DNA from: the human T2T-CHM13v2.0 reference genome, Homo sapiens
Direction: 5' to 3' (one strand)
DNA length: 64,000 bases
Assembly (NCBI RefSeq): GCF_009914755.1
Contig: NC_060931.1
Position numbers and translations under genes: made by a program. This document shows positions 42,730 through 64,000 of the stretch, in pieces. The notes beneath the pieces were generated by a model. That model worked only from the letters and a program-made list of their open reading frames with translations, did not search any database and had not been told where the DNA came from. The stretch's first letter is position 1, and each line of letters starts with the position of its first letter.

Positions 42730-43842
42730 GGCAAGTGCGCATGCACTGCCTCCATCAACCCAAGTCAGGAACATGGCCGTGTGGTCGCTGTGGGTGGGCA
42801 GGCACCAGGTGCAGCACCTACTGGCCTCGAGTGCCTTGTAGGAGAGCAAGGGATGGCCGCTTCCATTCTGCACGGCCACCCTGATAACTGCTGGTGTGGA
42901 CTGCTGTTCTGAGGACGCTCCTGATGAGCTTGGGCCCTCTCTTGCCCAACAAGCCTTAAGGGTAAAGCTGTTAAACTGGAGAAGGAAGTCCAGGATTTAA
43001 CCATGAGATAGCACAGAGCTGTAGCTGATTGTGAAAACATAAGGAGGCAAACCGAGAGATGTGTGGAAGATGCCAAGATAGGTGGCTGACATTTTGGAGA
43101 CGACTACACAGTAAATTTCTGAAGAATCAGAGCCTGGGAACCAGAAGCTCACTCTGGAGAAGGTCTTCCGAGGGTTGTCACTTTTAGAAGCAAAGCTGAA
43201 AAATGTGTTTGCCAAGCATGGCCTGGAGAAGCTATCACCCATTGGTGACAAATATGACCCCCAAGAGCATGAACTCATCTGTCATGTGACAGCTGCTGTT
43301 GGGGTGCAGCCTAGCACCGTGACATTAGTAAGACCAGATGGCTACAAACTTCATGGCTGCACCATTAGACTTGCCCGGGTGGAAGTTGCTGTGGAGTCTC
43401 AGAGAAGACTGTGAAGAGGCCATCAGGAACTGGATGTTCTCCCAGAGTCCAGTCACCTATGCTTCTTTTATTTATTAAACTAGGTTTGTATTGTACATGA
43501 GGTACTTCATGTGATATGTTTTGGATTTAGTCATATTGGCTTTATTTCTAAGATATTCTATTGATTTAATGTGACCTGTTTGGTCTCATCAGAAGTCTTA
43601 TCATTCGGCATTTGAACAGTGTGACAAGTGTCCCAATGGACTTTATCAAAACCTGCTTAGGAAAATTAGTACTCTGATGAATTTGAATCCAAAATCCTTT
43701 TAACTATATGTTTTCAGCTACATGTTCCTTCCTAGTGGTCCCTATAACAGAGAGTGTATAATATCTTGTATTTTGTGGAAAAAGGAGATGGCACGGATTG
43801 GTTCAACATTTGGATACTTAGAGGATAAAGCTTCATGGTTGT
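42730..43842 (+). pseudogene. GRPEL2P: GRPEL2 processed pseudogene (CDS 42773-43414 with stops, frameshifts and a ~35 nt deletion; 3'UTR cut at the L1 junction)
   Basis: Intronless; MAVWSLW...KAVKLEKEVQDL...LLEAKLKNVFAKHGLEKLSPIGDKYDPQEHELICHV...GYKLHGCTIRLARVEVAVESQRRL matches mitochondrial GrpE-like 2. Confidence 0.95.
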
Positions 43843-47137
<3,295 letters not shown>

Positions 47138-47549
47138 TTACAGAAAACTTTCCTGAAGTAACAGAAGAAAATTGAAAATTGCACATAAATTTTATAAACT
47201 GAAAAGGAAAAGAATTAACATATAAAGTAAGATGATGCTAGGCATAAAAATCAGACAACAGTGATTCCATCTATTGATATTTCTGTAATTTTAAAACAAT
47301 TTAAGAAAAAGTAGAAGAGAAGATTCCTGGAAGTCTTGAAACGTTATAATAAAAGAAATGATTACTTAGCAAAAAAATACTAGCTGAGCATTAGAACAGA
47401 TGTATTCCAGCATTCAGTAACAAAGAATGTGATAAGTATTCTGACATTAAAAAAGATTGATTATATTTGCCTAGATATTTACCATTCAGATGTTCATTTT
47501 TTATAGAAATTCCAATTTCTATCTAATACCAACATTTTTTGGACTTCAT

Positions 47550-52410
<4,861 letters not shown>

Positions 52411-54325
52411 TCTCAAGGATATAAAATAAGAATGAATACAGACTCCTGGTCATAAATAAAGTCAGTCAGAAAAAAAATGAAGTGACGTATTTAAAATACT
52501 GAAAGAAAAATACAGTCAATCTGAAGTTATCCACCTAGCAAAATTATCTTCAAAAATGAAGAAAAATTTATTAAAAACTTTTTCTAGACAAACAAAAAGC
52601 TATAAGAATTGGTTACCAGAAGAAGTACAGTGTAAGAAATGTTAAGGAAAGTATTTCAAACAAAAAATATATTACCACATGGACCTTGGGTGTACACAAA
52701 AAAATGAAGAGTGCCAGAAATAGTAAACCCAAGTACATGAAACAAAGAAATAACAGGCCTATAAAGTAAAATAAACAAATGCATAATAATAGAGATTTTG
52801 ACATACCCTTCTCAGTAATTGGTAGAACAATTAAAAATAAAATAAGGTATAGAATATAGTAACAAAACATTATAAACCAATTTGACCTGACACAGAACAC
52901 TCCATGTAACAACAGCAGAATACCTGCTTTTTCAAACATAAATGAATCATTCATTAAGACAAAGCATTTACTATACCTATAAAAGTAGTTCCTATAAATT
53001 ACAGATTATGTCCTCTAACTGCAACAGAATTAAATTAGAAATCAATAATAGAAAAATACAAGAATATGCCCAAATATTTGGAAATTAAATAACATAGATC
53101 CAAATAAACATGTATCCAAAACAATCACAATGTAAATTATAAAATGTGAATTAAAAGAAAATTGAAATAAAACATAATAAAATTTGTCAGATGTAACTCA
53201 GTTACTTAGAAAAAAAGTTCTAAAATCTACTGTCTAAGATTCCCCATTAACAAGCTATAAAAATGAAAATTAAACCTAATATGATTGAAAAATCATAACA
53301 GCAGAAATCAATTTTTTAAAACTGAGAAAAATAGAGCAAATTAAACAAAAGGCTGTTCTCTGAAAAGATTAATATATTTAAACGCTAGCTAGATTGAAGA
53401 GTAACAAAAAAGATGAGTCAGATTACATCAGAAATAAGAGAAATGGCTAAAGATACTGGTCATTAAAAGAATAAAACATTATTTTCAAATGCATGTCAAT
53501 AATTTTGATAGCCTAGATGAAGTGAACAAGTTCCTTGAAACACACAAATCACAAAACAGCCCACCCCCCAAAAAAATAGAAAAGCCAAATTGGTTGAGGA
53601 CTTTTCTATTAAAAAGCACAAATTTACAAATAGACTCATGAAGACAAGTAGCCAAAAAGCCCTATATTTATTTTAGAAATTAAGATTCTAATTAAATATT
53701 CTCTCACAAAGAAATACACAGTGCAAAAAGACAAGAAAAAGAAATAAGAACATACAAATTGATCACAAAGAAGTAAATCTTTCTTCATTCATAGATAACA
53801 TGATCATCTATGCAGAAAATTTTAAGGAATCTATAAAGAGATGCTAGGGCTAATAAGTAAAATTAGCAATGTAGTAGGACCCAAATCAAGATAACAACAA
53901 TCAATATTTCTCTATACTAGCAATAAACAATGAAAAATAAAATAAAATTTATAAAACAATACCATTTATTTATAATTGTCATCCCAAAACATGAAATAAT
54001 AATAAATTTAACAAAATAACTGAATTATAGCTAAAAAGTGCTAAACGTTGCTAAGAAAAATCAAATAAATAAATATTTGCTAATGGATAACAAGATTAAA
54101 TGTTTAGATTCAGTTCTCTGCAAATTTATACATAGATTCAGTGTAATTCTAATCAAAACCAGTCTTCTGTAGAAATTGCTAAAATGACTTTGAAGTATAT
54201 CTGAAAAAGCAAAAGATCTATAAAAGTCAGAATAACTTTGTAATTACAGAGTTGGAGAAATGAAACTGCCTAATACCAAGACATATCTGAACGTTGCAGT
54301 ACATAGGCATAAAAAGTTAGACCAT

Positions 54326-60523
<6,198 letters not shown>

Positions 60524-60887
60524 AGTTAGGCTATTAAAACTAAAAGAGAGTCTGAAACTAAACCCATGCATCTATGGTCCTTTGACTATGAAGGTGCCCA
60601 GATAATTCAGTGAGGATAACAATAGTTCTACAATAAATGGTGCTAGAACAAATAGATATTAATATTTTTTAAAAATGCAACTTGACCCGTACTTTAAAAC
60701 ACACACATAAATTAAATTGGAAAGGATCACAGACTTAAACATAAAAGCAAAACTATAAAATTTTAGAAGAAAATCCTAGTGACCTTAAAATATTTTCCTT
60801 TAAAAAACACAAAAAAGCACAAAGTAGAAGATCAAAAATTGACCAAATATACTGCATCAATATTCAACATGTCTACTTGTCAAGAAC

Positions 60888-61369
60888 TGAAGTATTGAGA
60901 TACTTGACTTTATCCAACTTACAAACTAGGAAGTTACCTCTGTCCCGTGAACACTGTCACCCAGACTCCTGAGTCATCACTCATGGCACAGCAAGCAGCA
61001 TGACCATTAGCATTTATCAGTTCCTTTTGCCCCCAAATCCTGCAGAAGCGAAGCAGATGGGCCCAGCTGAATGCCCAAACATGCAGTGAGTTGCATTATT
61101 GAAGAGGACCCCTGAGCTTAGGGAACTCAAATCTTTTACTATGTGCAGTAAGCATAGCTGCCCTTCAGTTCGGAAGGAGACATGCTCTTTATTATACTGG
61201 CAGTCAGCATGCCGTGCTTTGCTATGAAGGAAGACACCTTGTTTTTCTTCTATGGCTGCTTGCTATGCAAACATCCTTTAAATGATATTCCAGAGAAAAG
61301 CTCACAATAGTGTCTTGCTTAAAATAAATGAAGAAACATAACAGGCCCATGAAGAATTGCCTCCTAAAA
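60888..61369 (-). mobile_element. LTR40-like ERVL solo LTR
   Basis: Reverse complement starts ttttaggaggcaattcttcatgggcct...aaggatgtttgcatagcaagcagcc, like LTR40. Confidence 0.7.
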
Positions 61370-61397
61370 CTGTTCTTCCAAAGACCCTAACCAAATT

Positions 61398-61635
61398 GGA
61401 TGTGAGGGTGATCTAGCTGCAACATCTGTCACCTCATTGATTGCCAGTGTTGATTTGGCTGATCTGGCTGGAAAGGCGGGTGTCCCCTTCTTCCTTTATG
61501 GCTCCATGTGCCTCCCTCCTGAAGCTGCAAGCTTGGGTTGAAGAGCATGAGCTTCTCTCACAGAGGAGGACCTTCCTTCCATCAAGAATAAATGAGTAGC
61601 TGTGTTCCCCTGCCAGAACCTCCAAACAAGGTCCA
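61398..61635 (+). pseudogene. 7SK RNA retropseudogene, 3'-truncated and tailless
   Basis: ggatgtgagggtgatctagctgcaacatctgtcacc...agaacctccaaacaaggtcca matches 7SK nt 1 to ~245; TSD aagaccct(aac/gag)caaat. Confidence 0.95.
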
Positions 61636-61817
61636 AAGACCCTGAGCAAATAAAAAGGCACAGACAAAAAATATATATATTTCAACACAAGTATATGACA
61701 CAGAATATAGAAATAACTTTTCCTAATCAATCAAAATACAAGCAACCCAATTTAAAAATACGCAAAAGATTTAAATAGACATTTCACAAAAGAAGATATT
61801 TGAATGGACATGAAATA

Positions 61818-63290
<1,473 letters not shown>

Positions 63291-63555
63291 TAAATGAAAA
63301 GATGTTCCACAACATCCTTATTCATTATAGAAATGCAAATTAAGACCACAATTTGATAACACTACCTATCCACTAGAATGGCTAAAATTGAAAACCTTAA
63401 TATAAAACATTAAAAGTAATGGCAAAAACCAGGATTACTTTTGCACCCACCTAATATTACCAAATATTGATAAGAATGTGGAGCAACTGGAACATTCATA
63501 GATTGTTGGTAGAAGTTTATAATAGTAAAACCATTTTGTAAGCCTTTCTGGCAAT

Positions 63556-63859
63556 TTTTTTTTTTTTTTGAGATGGAGTCTCACTCTGTTGCCCAGGCTA
63601 GAGTGCAGTGGTGTAATCTCAGCTCACTGCAAATCTGGCCCCCTGGTTTAAGCAATTATCCTACCTCAGCCTCCCGAGTAGCCATGATTACAGGCACCCA
63701 CCACCATACCTGGCTAATTTTTTTTTTCTTTGTATTTTTAGTAAAGATGGGTTTTCGCCATGTTGGCCAGGCTGGTCTTGAACTCCTGACCTCAGGTGAT
63801 CTGCCTGCCTCAACTTTCTAAAGTGCTAGGATTACAGGTGTGAGCCGCCATGCCTGGCC
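63556..63859 (-). mobile_element. AluSx-like
   Basis: Alu reverse complement; TSD ccttt(c/t)tggcaattt. Confidence 0.93.
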
Positions 63860-64000
63860 ACCTTTTTGGCAATTTCTAATAACAATAAAAATACATCTAC
63901 CTCATGACTCAGCAATTCTATTGTTAGGTATATATTTAAGAGAAATGACATATCTAATAAAAGACTCACAAAAGAATAGTACTTAAATAAGAATGTGAGT

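Overview
This is AT-rich primate (human-like) genomic DNA made mostly of interspersed repeats, with no intact protein-coding gene. The repeats are Alus, old L1M and younger L1PB/L1PA LINEs, a deleted ERV1 provirus, a full THE1 MaLR, solo LTRs, and Tigger3 and MER58 DNA transposons. It also holds tailless U6 and 7SK retrocopies and a GRPEL2 processed pseudogene. Five less obvious signals stand out. (1) A colinear series of splice-site-bounded, nearly open + strand frames lies in the unique DNA from about 0.5 to 39.4 kb; it looks like a decayed multi-exon gene (tentatively CCDC162-like), with one exon split by the provirus. (2) The GRPEL2 pseudogene and the adjacent L1PA7 3' half share one target-site duplication (TSD), i.e. 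an mRNA-L1 chimeric retrocopy. (3) A polyA-tailed retrocopy of a hAT/Tip100-type transposase N-terminus with a TTF zinc finger sits inside an L1MC. (4) An L1PB carries a probable 3' transduction. (5) Three neighbouring L1PA copies share non-consensus variants in patches, suggesting gene conversion. Subfamily names and homologies come from recalled consensus sequences and need RepeatMasker/BLAST confirmation.
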